64,000 nt of DNA from IMG/VR virus record IMGVR_UViG_3300036884_000495, positions 1-64,000 of that record. One strand, written 5' to 3'. The translations under genes and the position numbers were made by a program. This stretch comes from a virus. The notes under the pieces are model-generated. The model was given only the letters and a program-made list of their open reading frames with translations, was not told the origin of the DNA and searched no databases. Shown here piece after piece: positions 8,910 through 17,836 of this stretch. Positions within the stretch are counted from its first letter, which is position 1. Every line of letters begins with the position of its first letter.

Positions 8910-8978
8910 TATTGATCCTCCAACTACGGTTGTAGTCGGTCCTGTTGTTCGTTTCAAGCGCGTACGTAAGGGCAGTCT

Positions 8979-9293
8979 CTACGTAGTAGGGGGCTGCCTT
9001 CCTTGTACGAAGAAGCCAGCGTGTTCTGGCTCCGTAATCTGGTAGTTCTTTCCGTCGTGTGAGAGGAGGGCGTTTACGGCGCCTGCGCGAACGCAGACAC
9101 TACGAGCACCCGACCAAACCCACAACACGTCACCGTCACGCCACTCAATACGCGTGTCGGGGGCAGCCAGGCGTATGCCCGCGAAGTACGCCGTCGCCAT
9201 CAGCATTGTGGTGGATGCGTACCCTAGCTTGTCGACGTATCGGTTGTAGAAGGCGGCGCGGCTTCTTCGCTCGCAGGTGTGACAGGTAGACAT
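8979..9293 (-). CDS. Hypothetical protein, 104 aa
   Basis: ORF in the - strand cluster with an N-terminal CxxC. Confidence 0.5.
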   Translation of the reverse strand: MSTCHTCERRSRAAFYNRYVDKLGYASTTMLMATAYFAGIRLAAPDTRIEWRDGDVLWVWSGARSVCVRAGAVNALLSHDGKNYQITEPEHAGFFVQGRQPPTT

Positions 9294-9329
9294 TCTCGTA
9301 GCTTACTGCGGGCAAAGATCCGCTCTAGG

Positions 9330-9902
9330 TTATAGACCGCTTCCCTTGTATCCAGTCTGGGGTCTGGCTTTGCGCCGTAGGCATTCTGGGTTGAACTTCC
9401 AGATAGGAGACGTGAGTACCCACTTCAACTCCATATAAAGAGCTTCTTGTTTGTGTGTGAGCCCTTCGAGTGTGTACTGGTAGCTGTATGCTGCTTGTAT
9501 CTGCGGAGAGGCGAGAGCATCGGCGACCTTCTCTTGTAGCCTCGGGGACATGCCCCAGCGCTTTCCAGTACGCCGCTCGACAGGCGTTGTGATGTCGTAG
9601 TTCTCGACGGCGTACATGCGGATCGCTTGCATAAGCCAGGTGGGTACCCACGCGCTTTTGTCCTTGTACGGCGCGCAGTCTACGAAGGTACTCGCAAGGG
9701 CGTACATACCGCAGCTTGTATGCGCAAGCCCGTAGCCCTCGTCTCGTTTGCGCAGACAGAACTGCAGCTGCAGACACTTGTCATTGGTACGTTGGTGCTG
9801 TTGCAGCCCCCTCTTGTTCTTGCAGCGCGTTTTGCACACAGGGCACACTGCGTGTGTCGCACGTATTTCGTCGGTCGTAGGCATTTTGGGTTGAATTTCC
9901 AT
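9330..9902 (-). CDS. Hypothetical protein with a C2H2-like zinc finger
   Basis: CPVC-x12-H motif (CPVCKTRCKNKRGLQQHQ). Confidence 0.55.
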   Translation of the reverse strand: MEIQPKMPTTDEIRATHAVCPVCKTRCKNKRGLQQHQRTNDKCLQLQFCLRKRDEGYGLAHTSCGMYALASTFVDCAPYKDKSAWVPTWLMQAIRMYAVENYDITTPVERRTGKRWGMSPRLQEKVADALASPQIQAAYSYQYTLEGLTHKQEALYMELKWVLTSPIWKFNPECLRRKARPQTGYKGSGL

Positions 9903-9908
9903 CAGAGT

Positions 9909-9966
9909 GTTTATGCCTGCTGGTGTCGGCTACTTGCTGAAAAAGAGGAGCGTGGCAGGTATAAGG
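9909..9966. promoter_or_regulatory. Divergent pair of GG(T/C)ATAA promoter-like motifs
   Basis: CAGGCATAAAC on - (9919-9909) and CAGGTATAAGG on + (9956-9966), each about 10 nt from a divergent ATG. Confidence 0.45.
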
Positions 9967-9975
9967 CCTACGAAG

Positions 9976-10455
9976 ATGTCATTACATAATAGTTTAGAGG
10001 CCGCAGATGTCGGCCCACTTCTGCTGAAAGGGTACTGGCCACGACTTGCACCAGTGCGCACAGAAAGTGCACACATACCCTTCGAGATGGGCCCCCTACT
10101 TATACAGGTGGCAGCGTTACCAAAGCTGGCGCACGGGACGGTGGACACGTCTACTGAGCGCCTGCCTACAAGGAGGACAGGAACGATAAGTACTAAGGAG
10201 CGGTGGGAACCGGTGGAGTGCGCAGTGCTGTGGCTAATGCGTGTAAAGCGCCACGGCGTAGACGCCGCCGGCTACTCGCGCGATCTTGTACGCTACTGGG
10301 GCGATTCGAACTTGCGTGCGGCGCTACTCACGCAGTACCTTGTGGCAGGGTATATTCGCGAGCAGGTTGCACAAAAACAGATGCGCACTGCGATCGACAG
10401 CGCCCTGAACCTACTCAATCTGAAAATTAGCCTGACATTGAAGGTGGAACCATGA
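9976..10455 (+). CDS. Hypothetical protein
   Basis: First gene of the + strand island; ATGA overlap with the next gene; start uncertain. Confidence 0.55.
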   Translation: MSLHNSLEAADVGPLLLKGYWPRLAPVRTESAHIPFEMGPLLIQVAALPKLAHGTVDTSTERLPTRRTGTISTKERWEPVECAVLWLMRVKRHGVDAAGYSRDLVRYWGDSNLRAALLTQYLVAGYIREQVAQKQMRTAIDSALNLLNLKISLTLKVEP

Positions 10456-10967
10456 GCGAGCTACTTGATTCTCTATCTGCAGAACGCATATTCAGCCTGT
10501 TCATCATCGACCTTGAACAGGTGAAGGAACACGGCGACAGCCCCTACTTGCTGAAGATCGTGTTGCCTCGATACGCCAAGTTTCTAGGCATCTTGAATAT
10601 CCCCTCGCCCCTCGCGGGCTTGGGCCTGCCCGTAGGTGGTGGGCGTGATGCTTACGCGTTTCTTTGTGACCCGAATGAAGTAGAAACGAGCAACTTCTAC
10701 GTCACGCCTTTGAAGCACGACATGGCTTTCCCGTGGGAGCGCCCCGGCGACCTCCTCAAATCCATGCTGGTGCGCTGCACGGCGCTCGCTATGACAGCAC
10801 CAGGGGGCGTTCCAGTCCTGCACGTGCAAACGTCGGTCAACAGAGACAAGTACGAGCAGTTCGAACAAGAAGTGCGCGATGCTGGCTACCTGCTTCTGAA
10901 CGGCATTCCGTACACACAGGCCCAAAGTTTCATGGCATCCATGTTCGCTCCGCCCCTAAAAGCGTAA
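10452..10967 (+). CDS. Hypothetical protein, 171 aa
   Basis: Coupled ORF. Confidence 0.6.
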   Translation: MSELLDSLSAERIFSLFIIDLEQVKEHGDSPYLLKIVLPRYAKFLGILNIPSPLAGLGLPVGGGRDAYAFLCDPNEVETSNFYVTPLKHDMAFPWERPGDLLKSMLVRCTALAMTAPGGVPVLHVQTSVNRDKYEQFEQEVRDAGYLLLNGIPYTQAQSFMASMFAPPLKA

Positions 10968-11044
10968 ACGTGGTTTGCCTCCGAAGGCCCCCGCGCTAGG
11001 CTGGGAGAACGCGATTGAGCACCGCGTACTAACCAGGAGCACAC

Positions 11045-11314
11045 ATGCATGTAGTCAAGCCGGTGGCTTGGTCTCAGACCAAGCCGCAGATGGGTACGTT
11101 TGCGTTTTCGTCGGCGAATGCGAGTAACCACCGCCTTCTGCGTATGACGGGAACGTTCCCCGCGGTGTACGGCGTAGTCACATACGTCGACCCCTACTTA
11201 GACTTTGTTTCGGTCGATGTTCTAGCATCCGACGGTACCCAGTCGTCTTGGGCGGGAACGCACCAACAATGTGACGACACGTGGGAACCCTTTCTGATAC
11301 AAGGAGCTACGTGA
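11045..11314 (+). CDS. Hypothetical protein, 89 aa
   Basis: AGGAG RBS. Confidence 0.55.
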   Translation: MHVVKPVAWSQTKPQMGTFAFSSANASNHRLLRMTGTFPAVYGVVTYVDPYLDFVSVDVLASDGTQSSWAGTHQQCDDTWEPFLIQGAT

Positions 11315-11315
11315 C

Positions 11316-11519
11316 ATGCCCAAACCAAAGACGCGCGCTACAAGCATCGACTTCGAAGACCTCGATCCAGACCTGCAAGAGATTGCAGCGCAATTACGAG
11401 CGTCGCTAGTAGAAGAAATCGACGACGCCACAAAGAATCCGCAGGAGCGAATCGCCATGTTGCGCGATATTATGGAGCGACTCGAAGAACGTATTGAAGA
11501 ATACGAAGACATCGGGTAG
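11316..11519 (+). CDS. Small acidic helical protein, 67 aa
   Basis: AAGGAG RBS; very D/E-rich. Confidence 0.6.
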   Translation: MPKPKTRATSIDFEDLDPDLQEIAAQLRASLVEEIDDATKNPQERIAMLRDIMERLEERIEEYEDIG

Positions 11520-11528
11520 CTTTCTCTG

Positions 11529-11711
11529 TGCCGGTGGCCTTCGGCCTCAAACGAGCAGTTTGCTCAGACCGGCAATTACTTGATGTTCTCAATGAGGTGT
11601 TGGATATGCCGAACTTATGCACTTGTGCATCTCGGCGAGCATCCCCTAGTACAGAAGGAACGACGTCCAACGACCTCTGTACGCGCGCCCTGAGTAGGGG
11701 GAGAACGTCGG
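11529..11711 (+). ncRNA. Candidate structured (pseudoknotted) ncRNA; strand inferred from the terminator
   Basis: Several nested stems plus two crossing stems, many with G-U pairs; directly followed by an intrinsic terminator. Confidence 0.45.
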
Positions 11712-11715
11712 GGAG

Positions 11716-11749
11716 AAGGCAGGGTTACACCTGCCTTTTCTTTTAGCCC
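11716..11749 (+). terminator. Intrinsic terminator
   Basis: AAGGCAGG/CCTGCCTT stem followed by TTCTTTTAGCCC. Confidence 0.7.
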
Positions 11750-11792
11750 ACGATATCGTTGTACACTCATGCAATAGACGTAGGAGGTTTTC

Positions 11793-12866
11793 ATGTCCGA
11801 AGGTTCAGGTCTCTTTACGAATGCGCGTCCGATGAATGCCAACTTGGTGAAGCCCGGGCAGGGCGGCATCGGCGGCGAAGTGGGCGATCTTCGCCAAGAC
11901 GTCGCCAAGACGTTGGCGCCGATGGCTGCCATTTGCATCGCGGAGTACATCAACCCGCTTGCTGCCGCCGCGAACAACGTGATGGCTGCTTCTGTCACTC
12001 CCGCTGCGGGCGTTGTGGCCACGCTGTTGCCTGTGGCGGGCGGCGGTACCAATAAGCTCACGAAGGCAACGACGGACAACCTCAAGATTGCATCGCGACA
12101 ACTAACGTTCACAACGGCGGGCAGTACAGCGGCGAATGCGCCTGCGACGGCGTCGGTGCTGGGCAAGGACGAACATGGCCTTCAGTTCACGGAAGTCGTA
12201 GCCCTCCAGCAGGTTGCAGGGGTGGTCACCACGTCCAACTTCTTCGCCGAGGTGGACAAGATTACGTACTCCGTTGGCAAAGGCGCGGGCGCAACGATTG
12301 CTATCGGGTTGGGGGCAACTTTGGGGCTGACCCGCACGCTTGTCAAACGCGCAGGACGTTACGCCATTCTTCAAGAATCGGCGGCGGGCTCTGTGGTGAC
12401 CACTGGCACCTTCAAGCTCGCAAGCGAGGGTACCGTGGCCACCGCACTGGGCACCGTGGACCTTGTGACGGCAGTGCCCGTTATGCCGACCACGCAAGTG
12501 ATCACCTTTCTTATCGAAGGCGTGACCAAGGCTGTGACCTTCTCAAGCCCCGCGGATCTCGCGGGCATTGTTTCGCAAGTCAACGCCGTCTGTGGCGCCG
12601 GCTTTGCGGCCGCCGGGGGCGTGGCTAGTAAGTTCTTGGCGCTCTCCGACAACGTCGTGGGCGCTGCGGGCAACAGCAGCACAATCGTGGTGGTGTCCGG
12701 CACAGGAACGGGCGGCTCGAACATCCTCACGGTTCTCGGGCTCACAGCAGGTGTCGTGCACTACGGCGCCAGCCAGGGTAAGCGCGGTTCGTACGCGCCG
12801 TCCAGCGCACCCAACGGTGCAACAAGCTACGCCGTGTACTACGAGTACAACGGCGCCGAGCTCTGA
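11793..12866 (+). CDS. Putative virion structural protein, paralog A (357 aa)
   Basis: AGGAGG RBS; A/G/T/V-rich; colinear with the next gene. Confidence 0.7.
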   Translation: MSEGSGLFTNARPMNANLVKPGQGGIGGEVGDLRQDVAKTLAPMAAICIAEYINPLAAAANNVMAASVTPAAGVVATLLPVAGGGTNKLTKATTDNLKIASRQLTFTTAGSTAANAPATASVLGKDEHGLQFTEVVALQQVAGVVTTSNFFAEVDKITYSVGKGAGATIAIGLGATLGLTRTLVKRAGRYAILQESAAGSVVTTGTFKLASEGTVATALGTVDLVTAVPVMPTTQVITFLIEGVTKAVTFSSPADLAGIVSQVNAVCGAGFAAAGGVASKFLALSDNVVGAAGNSSTIVVVSGTGTGGSNILTVLGLTAGVVHYGASQGKRGSYAPSSAPNGATSYAVYYEYNGAEL

Positions 12867-12902
12867 TAGCGGGTACTCGGAAGCTAACTGCAGGAGGTTG
12901 TC

Positions 12903-13976
12903 ATGTCTGAGGGTTCAGGTCTCTTTACAAAAGTGCGCCCGGTGGATGCCTATTCGGTGAAGCCTAGGCTGGGTGGTATCAGTGGCGAAACGAAGGACCT
13001 ACGCAAAGACGTGACGAATGCGTTTGCGCCGATGTCGGCGCTGTGTGTGGAAGAGTATGTCAACCCACTTGCTCCTGCAGTTGGCAACCTGATGGCGGCG
13101 TCTGTCACGCCCGCTGCAGACGTAACGCTCACGCTCCTACCTGTGGCGGGCGGGGGCACCAACGCGTTGACGCTCGTTACAGTCCAAAACCTTACCCAAG
13201 CCCCGCGGCAACTTGTGTTCACTACAGGTGGCGCCACAGAAACGGATGCACCAGCGTCAGCCACGGTCTACGGCCTCGATGAGCGTGGAGTTCAGTTCAC
13301 GGAAGTTGTACCGTTGCAGCAGGTGGCCGCCGCAGCGACTACGTCCAACTTCTTCTCGTCCATTACCAAGATTGTCTACGCCGTCGGCGAGGGTGCAAAC
13401 GCAACGATTGCCATCGGGCTCGGAAGCATCATCGGTATCTCTCGCTCACTCATTATGCGCGCGGGGCGCTACGCCATCATTCAAGAGGTGGCGGCGGGTG
13501 TAGCCGTGACCAATGGTGTGTTCAAACTTGCCAGCGAGTCTTTGCCGGCTACTGTGCTAGGTACTGTGGATCTTGTAACAGCGGTGCCTGTTATGCCGAC
13601 GACGCAGTCCATTACGTTTGAGGTTGGTGGAAGGCAGCGGACTATCACCTTCCACAATCCCGCGGATCTGGCGGCAATCTGCTCGACGATCAGCCACCTT
13701 ATTGGACCCGGCTTTGCTACAGCAGGCGGCACGGACAATAAGTACCTCAAACTCACAGACGATACGCTAGACTGGTCCGGCACGCAAAGTACGCTCCGCG
13801 TAGTATCCGGTACCGGTGTTGGTGCGGATAACATCCTCAACGTTCTTGGCCTTCTTCCCAATGTATTGTACCGAGGGGTCAGCCAGGGTAAGTTCGGCTC
13901 TTATACGCCCAACCACACACCGGATGGCTCGACCAGCTATGCCGTCTACTACGAGTACGATGGCGCTGCGCCCTGA
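12903..13976 (+). CDS. Putative virion structural protein, paralog B (357 aa)
   Basis: AGGAGG RBS; shares the N-terminus MSEGSGLFT and the C-terminus SYAVYYEY with paralog A. Confidence 0.7.
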   Translation: MSEGSGLFTKVRPVDAYSVKPRLGGISGETKDLRKDVTNAFAPMSALCVEEYVNPLAPAVGNLMAASVTPAADVTLTLLPVAGGGTNALTLVTVQNLTQAPRQLVFTTGGATETDAPASATVYGLDERGVQFTEVVPLQQVAAAATTSNFFSSITKIVYAVGEGANATIAIGLGSIIGISRSLIMRAGRYAIIQEVAAGVAVTNGVFKLASESLPATVLGTVDLVTAVPVMPTTQSITFEVGGRQRTITFHNPADLAAICSTISHLIGPGFATAGGTDNKYLKLTDDTLDWSGTQSTLRVVSGTGVGADNILNVLGLLPNVLYRGVSQGKFGSYTPNHTPDGSTSYAVYYEYDGAAP

Positions 13977-13990
13977 TCTAGTGCATTCGA

Positions 13991-14032
13991 GAGCTAAGAA
14001 AAAGGGAGCCTTGTGGGGCTCCCTTTTGTTTT
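13991..14032. terminator. Bidirectional intrinsic terminator
   Basis: AAAAGGGAGCC/GGCTCCCTTTT between convergent genes. Confidence 0.75.
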
Positions 14033-14039
14033 GTAATAG

Positions 14040-14234
14040 TCACGAAAGGATCTTGTGCCCATTGGTTTTGGGCGTGCTTTGCAGGCGCACTTGGCGCGCA
14101 ACGAGGAGGGCGTTCGCATAGGCTGCGGCCACCGACGGTGCGTGGGCGGTTAGGTCGACGATCATGTCAGCGAGTGAATACCAACCGGACCGCACGGATT
14201 CAATAAGCCGGCGGCAGATGTCATAGTTGCTCAT
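14040..14234 (-). CDS. Hypothetical protein, 64 aa
   Basis: ATG 14234 (MSNYDIC) overlaps the end of the methylase gene. Confidence 0.45.
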   Translation of the reverse strand: MSNYDICRRLIESVRSGWYSLADMIVDLTAHAPSVAAAYANALLVARQVRLQSTPKTNGHKILS

Positions 14235-14742
14235 TTGGGATCTTCCACGGTTGGATGATGGGAGCGATTGCTCCGCGAAGGAGGTCGCGCGTGAATACAA
14301 CGAGCATCGAGGGGAAGGGTGCGGCGTCGCCCGCCACACCATCGACCTCGAAAGCGATGCGACCCTCAATGAGGTAGACATCCCCCTTCGTACAGAGACG
14401 ATGGAAGTACTGCGTGTCTGTGCGCGCCGGCAGCAGACAGCACACCAAGTTCGTGTGACCGACACGGACCTCGTCGAGCGCCTTCTCAATCCAAAGGCCG
14501 ATCTTGCGCCCGTACGGTGGGTTCATCCAGACGTGCCCCGTCCACTTCTGTGTAAGGGCGTCGTCGCTTGGCGACCAGAAGCGCGGTACCTTCGCAACAT
14601 GCGAGCTGGCGGCGCAGGCGTCGAGTGTGAACTTCGTTCGCTTCTTCCGGGTCTTACTAAGCAGGTTTTCGACAGCGTGAATAACGTACCAGGGGGTTCC
14701 CCATTCGCTGCTGGCACTTGAAAACATGAGTGCATTATCCAT
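14221..14742 (-). CDS. Phage DNA N6-adenine methyltransferase (Dam-like phage family)
   Basis: EWGTP, FTLDACA, DALTQKW, WMNPPYG catalytic motif, LLPARTDT, GRIAF, APFPS. Confidence 0.9.
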   Translation of the reverse strand: MDNALMFSSASSEWGTPWYVIHAVENLLSKTRKKRTKFTLDACAASSHVAKVPRFWSPSDDALTQKWTGHVWMNPPYGRKIGLWIEKALDEVRVGHTNLVCCLLPARTDTQYFHRLCTKGDVYLIEGRIAFEVDGVAGDAAPFPSMLVVFTRDLLRGAIAPIIQPWKIPNEQL

Positions 14743-15281
14743 TAGGTTTCCTCTTTCATTTCATAGTCGCAGTTGAAGTCACCGGTATCTACTTCGTTGC
14801 CGGTTTCGTTGCCATCCTCGTCGCACTCCGGCTCCATAACCGGTTCGACGTTGACGGCAGTAGCGCGCCAAAGCACGCGCGGGTAGCACGTGCTGATTGT
14901 GATGTTGTCAGTCTCATCGTGCCAAGAGTCCCCGGGGTACTCGGGGCGGCAGGTATCAATGAAGTCCTTGGCGGCTTCGAGCGCTTCCTCGATGCTGCCA
15001 TAGCACTCCGTCGCATCGTTTGGGCTGCTCACCAAGAAGTTTCGGTTGTGGGGCGTGAACGAGAAGATGACCGTTTCATGGCGGCCCGCAGACTCAATCC
15101 AATCCACGGTCACTGTTATTGCGTGTCTCGTGCAGGGTGTGCTGCCTGCTTCGAAACGCACGGTGTCGCCAACGCTCAAACCTGCCATCGCGAAGTTGAA
15201 GCGCTTACGACCGCTGAGGATGGCACTGAATGCCGCTTCAGAGATCTCGATACGAGTTATGTGGCTCACAACGGTATCCAA
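14742..15281 (-). CDS. ASCH/DUF3850-like N-terminal domain fused to an acidic domain
   Basis: FSAILSGRKRF...VGDTVRF resembles the ASCH/PUA-like signature. Confidence 0.45.
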   Translation of the reverse strand: MDTVVSHITRIEISEAAFSAILSGRKRFNFAMAGLSVGDTVRFEAGSTPCTRHAITVTVDWIESAGRHETVIFSFTPHNRNFLVSSPNDATECYGSIEEALEAAKDFIDTCRPEYPGDSWHDETDNITISTCYPRVLWRATAVNVEPVMEPECDEDGNETGNEVDTGDFNCDYEMKEET

Positions 15282-15601
15282 TCTGTACGCCCGCGCTTTT
15301 GCAGGAGGAAAGAGGCTTTCGGGAATAGGGACTGCGCGTGCTTCAGCGCCTTTGGGCTCTTGTCCCGCAGGATGAAGTCGATAGTGCCATCATCGTTGGT
15401 CACCCAGTACACGGGGTCTCCGCCTACGCCGAAGTAGGTGCCGTTCTTGTCGTAGCCCCAGCGGTTGATGTAGACGTTGCTGAAGTAGACCTTGCCGGTG
15501 TACTCGGGGGTTTCTTCGTTGATGGTGGGGCGCCCGAGGGCGGCGCCCCGTGAGGGGTCGCCTCCCCACCCTTTCGGGTCGTTCGTCCTGTAGTCAGGCA
15601 T
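15266..15601 (-). CDS. Conserved-looking phage hypothetical protein
   Basis: RGAALGR...GYDKNGTYFG motif pattern. Confidence 0.6.
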   Translation of the reverse strand: MPDYRTNDPKGWGGDPSRGAALGRPTINEETPEYTGKVYFSNVYINRWGYDKNGTYFGVGGDPVYWVTNDDGTIDFILRDKSPKALKHAQSLFPKASFLLQKRGRTDWIPL

Positions 15602-16512
15602 CAGTTATCCTTCCGTACGCGTGCCTCGGCGAGAATGTCTTCCTCGCCGCCGATCATTTTGCGGTATTGCACCCAGCCCTTTAGATTGCCTATGAAGGGG
15701 GCGGGGGTACGCGGCACGTAGTGGCAGTCTGCGTCTGTCACGGGACGCGCAACGTGCTCAAAGGGGCTCAGATGCCCACTACTAAGCATCTTATGTGCGC
15801 GTTCGATGTCCTTGTTGGGGTCGCTGGTGTCTTCGTGACGAAGGTAGGAGACGCGGGCTACGCGGCCCACGCTGATGTCACGGATCACTTTGATAACATC
15901 TCCAGGGTATGCATCGGGTCCGAACGTGTCGCGGGCGGCCGCGAACGTGTCCGGGTCTTGCGGGTCTACGAGAGGCAAGTGCCACTCGCCGTAGTCGAGG
16001 GGTTCGGGCGTACTGCCATCCATCTCCATCCTCATCAAACGTGCAATGTGCTGGATGTCTGGGTGGGCATCGTGGTGGATGCGCAGGTGGAAGAAGTTGT
16101 CCCATTCCGTTGCCGTGATGACTTCTGTCATCCATTGGAACGGCTCGAGCAACCTGTTGGTCCACTGTTTGTGAACGCCGAGACTTAGCAGCGTGTTCAC
16201 GTGGGTGACCGACGCATCACGTGCCTTGAGCCACGCCAGCTTGGAAGCGGCGTTGTCGAAGTCCGTGAAGTTCGTACCGGCCTGCATCCCAGGCTGGTTC
16301 GCGGCGAACGTCTCAGGGACGTAGGGGTCGTTGATCACTTGTTCGAGAAAGCGCTGTACGGGGATGGCGCGTGAGCTCGCCGCGCACCTACTGAACATCC
16401 TGTGCCTGAGCATCTCACTGTGGATAATTCTCGGGTACGTGCAGCTCATAGTGGTCAAACGAACGCCATCAGGGCTGATGGAGTCCGCTAGGATCTTTGC
16501 GTCGAAGCCCAT
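15601..16512 (-). CDS. thyX: FAD-dependent thymidylate synthase
   Basis: RHR-x7-S motif (RHRMFSRCAASSRAIP), HKQWTNRLLEPF, HLSPFEH. Confidence 0.9.
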   Translation of the reverse strand: MGFDAKILADSISPDGVRLTTMSCTYPRIIHSEMLRHRMFSRCAASSRAIPVQRFLEQVINDPYVPETFAANQPGMQAGTNFTDFDNAASKLAWLKARDASVTHVNTLLSLGVHKQWTNRLLEPFQWMTEVITATEWDNFFHLRIHHDAHPDIQHIARLMRMEMDGSTPEPLDYGEWHLPLVDPQDPDTFAAARDTFGPDAYPGDVIKVIRDISVGRVARVSYLRHEDTSDPNKDIERAHKMLSSGHLSPFEHVARPVTDADCHYVPRTPAPFIGNLKGWVQYRKMIGGEEDILAEARVRKDN

Positions 16513-16859
16513 TATGCGTCTCCGTCATCTTCGTAGGAGGCTTCTGCGATTGTGACGAAGCGGAAGTCTTCTTCACGCACTTGGATGGCGATGCGTACCT
16601 CGCCCTGGTCTTCATCCTTACAACCCTGGCGAAGGGCGGCGTTCACGAGGCCGAGAAAGCCAAGCTTACCGTCCGTTGTAACGATGATGTCTGGGTGATC
16701 TGCGACGGTGTCACTGACCTGAATACGTGTCTCGATAAGCGCCTGGATTGCGGCATACGTGTCTACGTCTGCGTCGCGAACCAAACGATTGAGGCGTTGG
16801 GCAAGATCTTCGGCGAATATCGCGTTGTTCGATTCAACTTTTGGGCTGTCAAAGGACAT
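16512..16859 (-). CDS. Hypothetical protein, 115 aa
   Basis: AGGAG RBS; coupled to thyX. Confidence 0.65.
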   Translation of the reverse strand: MSFDSPKVESNNAIFAEDLAQRLNRLVRDADVDTYAAIQALIETRIQVSDTVADHPDIIVTTDGKLGFLGLVNAALRQGCKDEDQGEVRIAIQVREEDFRFVTIAEASYEDDGDA

Positions 16860-16919
16860 AGCAATCTCCTAGTTCGGTACGTGTTATGGTCGGTGTGAGC
16901 ACAGAGAAAGGATTCCCCT

Positions 16920-17792
16920 ATGCCGTCAGTACAAGATAAGCAAGTTCGATTCAATGCATGGAATGCGACTTTCAACATCGCAATCCCGTTTGGGCGCGGG
17001 CAGTTCACGGCGTTGATTGCCGACGGCGTTCTGGGCCCGAGGTCTACGGCGGCTTTCGCTGCGATGACCGCGAAGAAGCCTGCGTGGCTGTTGGAGACGC
17101 CACCACCCACGATTACTGCGGTGGACTCCCTTTCTGAAGTAAGTGCGCCCCTCCTTTCGCTTGTAACGAGCGCCATCGGGGTCAAGCCAGTGTGGTGGGG
17201 GCGCTACATCAGCGTGTTCAAGGCAGCAGACGTTTGCGCCATCTCCAGCGCAGAAGGTGCTGTACTTGCTGATGCCTCGATTCCTGTGCAGCCTATTTCT
17301 GCCAATGCCGCTCGCTTGGGCCTTCTGAGCAAAGGGGCGGCAACAGGCGCGAGTGAGGCCGTGCGTGACTTGCAGTTGCTACAACAGGTGACGAAGAACG
17401 CGCCGAGAATGACCAAGCGGGTGTTCCTCGACATTGAGGAGAATACGTCGCTCAGTCCGGCGTTCTACGTGGCGTGGTCGACGGCAATGGCCAAAGCAGG
17501 TTGGGAGCCGGCCGTGTACATGCCCAATCGGCTGCACCCAGGGCAGTGGATCGCTTTGCGTACAGCCATCGGCATGGGCGCAGTCTGTGCGGGGATATGG
17601 TCTGCGTGGTACGCCTTCCAGACGCAGGCCGCACTAGATGCGGGTTCGAGCCATTACATGGCCGTTCCATGGGACGCATGCTTCGCAGGGAATGACGACA
17701 GCCATGACTGTGCCTGGCAGTACATGGGCGCCCTCGACGGCGACAAGTGGGATGCGACGGTATTCAAGCCCGGTGTTCAGGCTTGGTGGTGA
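16920..17792 (+). CDS. GH25/DUF1906-like muramidase (putative endolysin)
   Basis: WWGRY, VFLDIEE (DxE), GWEPAVY, IWSAWY and WQY pattern of the GH25-like barrel; N-terminal ADGVLGPRS resembles a peptidoglycan-binding motif. Confidence 0.65.
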   Translation: MPSVQDKQVRFNAWNATFNIAIPFGRGQFTALIADGVLGPRSTAAFAAMTAKKPAWLLETPPPTITAVDSLSEVSAPLLSLVTSAIGVKPVWWGRYISVFKAADVCAISSAEGAVLADASIPVQPISANAARLGLLSKGAATGASEAVRDLQLLQQVTKNAPRMTKRVFLDIEENTSLSPAFYVAWSTAMAKAGWEPAVYMPNRLHPGQWIALRTAIGMGAVCAGIWSAWYAFQTQAALDAGSSHYMAVPWDACFAGNDDSHDCAWQYMGALDGDKWDATVFKPGVQAWW

Positions 17793-17794
17793 AA

Positions 17795-17823
17795 GGGAGG
17801 GCGAAGGCCCTCCCAATCTTCTT
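17795..17823 (+). terminator. Probable terminator
   Basis: GGGAGGGC-GAAG-GCCCTCCC directly after the stop, between convergent genes. Confidence 0.55.
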
Positions 17824-17836
17824 ATCCCCGTTTTGG

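Noticed and set aside
11528-11746. 72-aa CDS
   Set aside because: No RBS, unnatural composition, and it runs through the terminator. RNA structure explains the region better.
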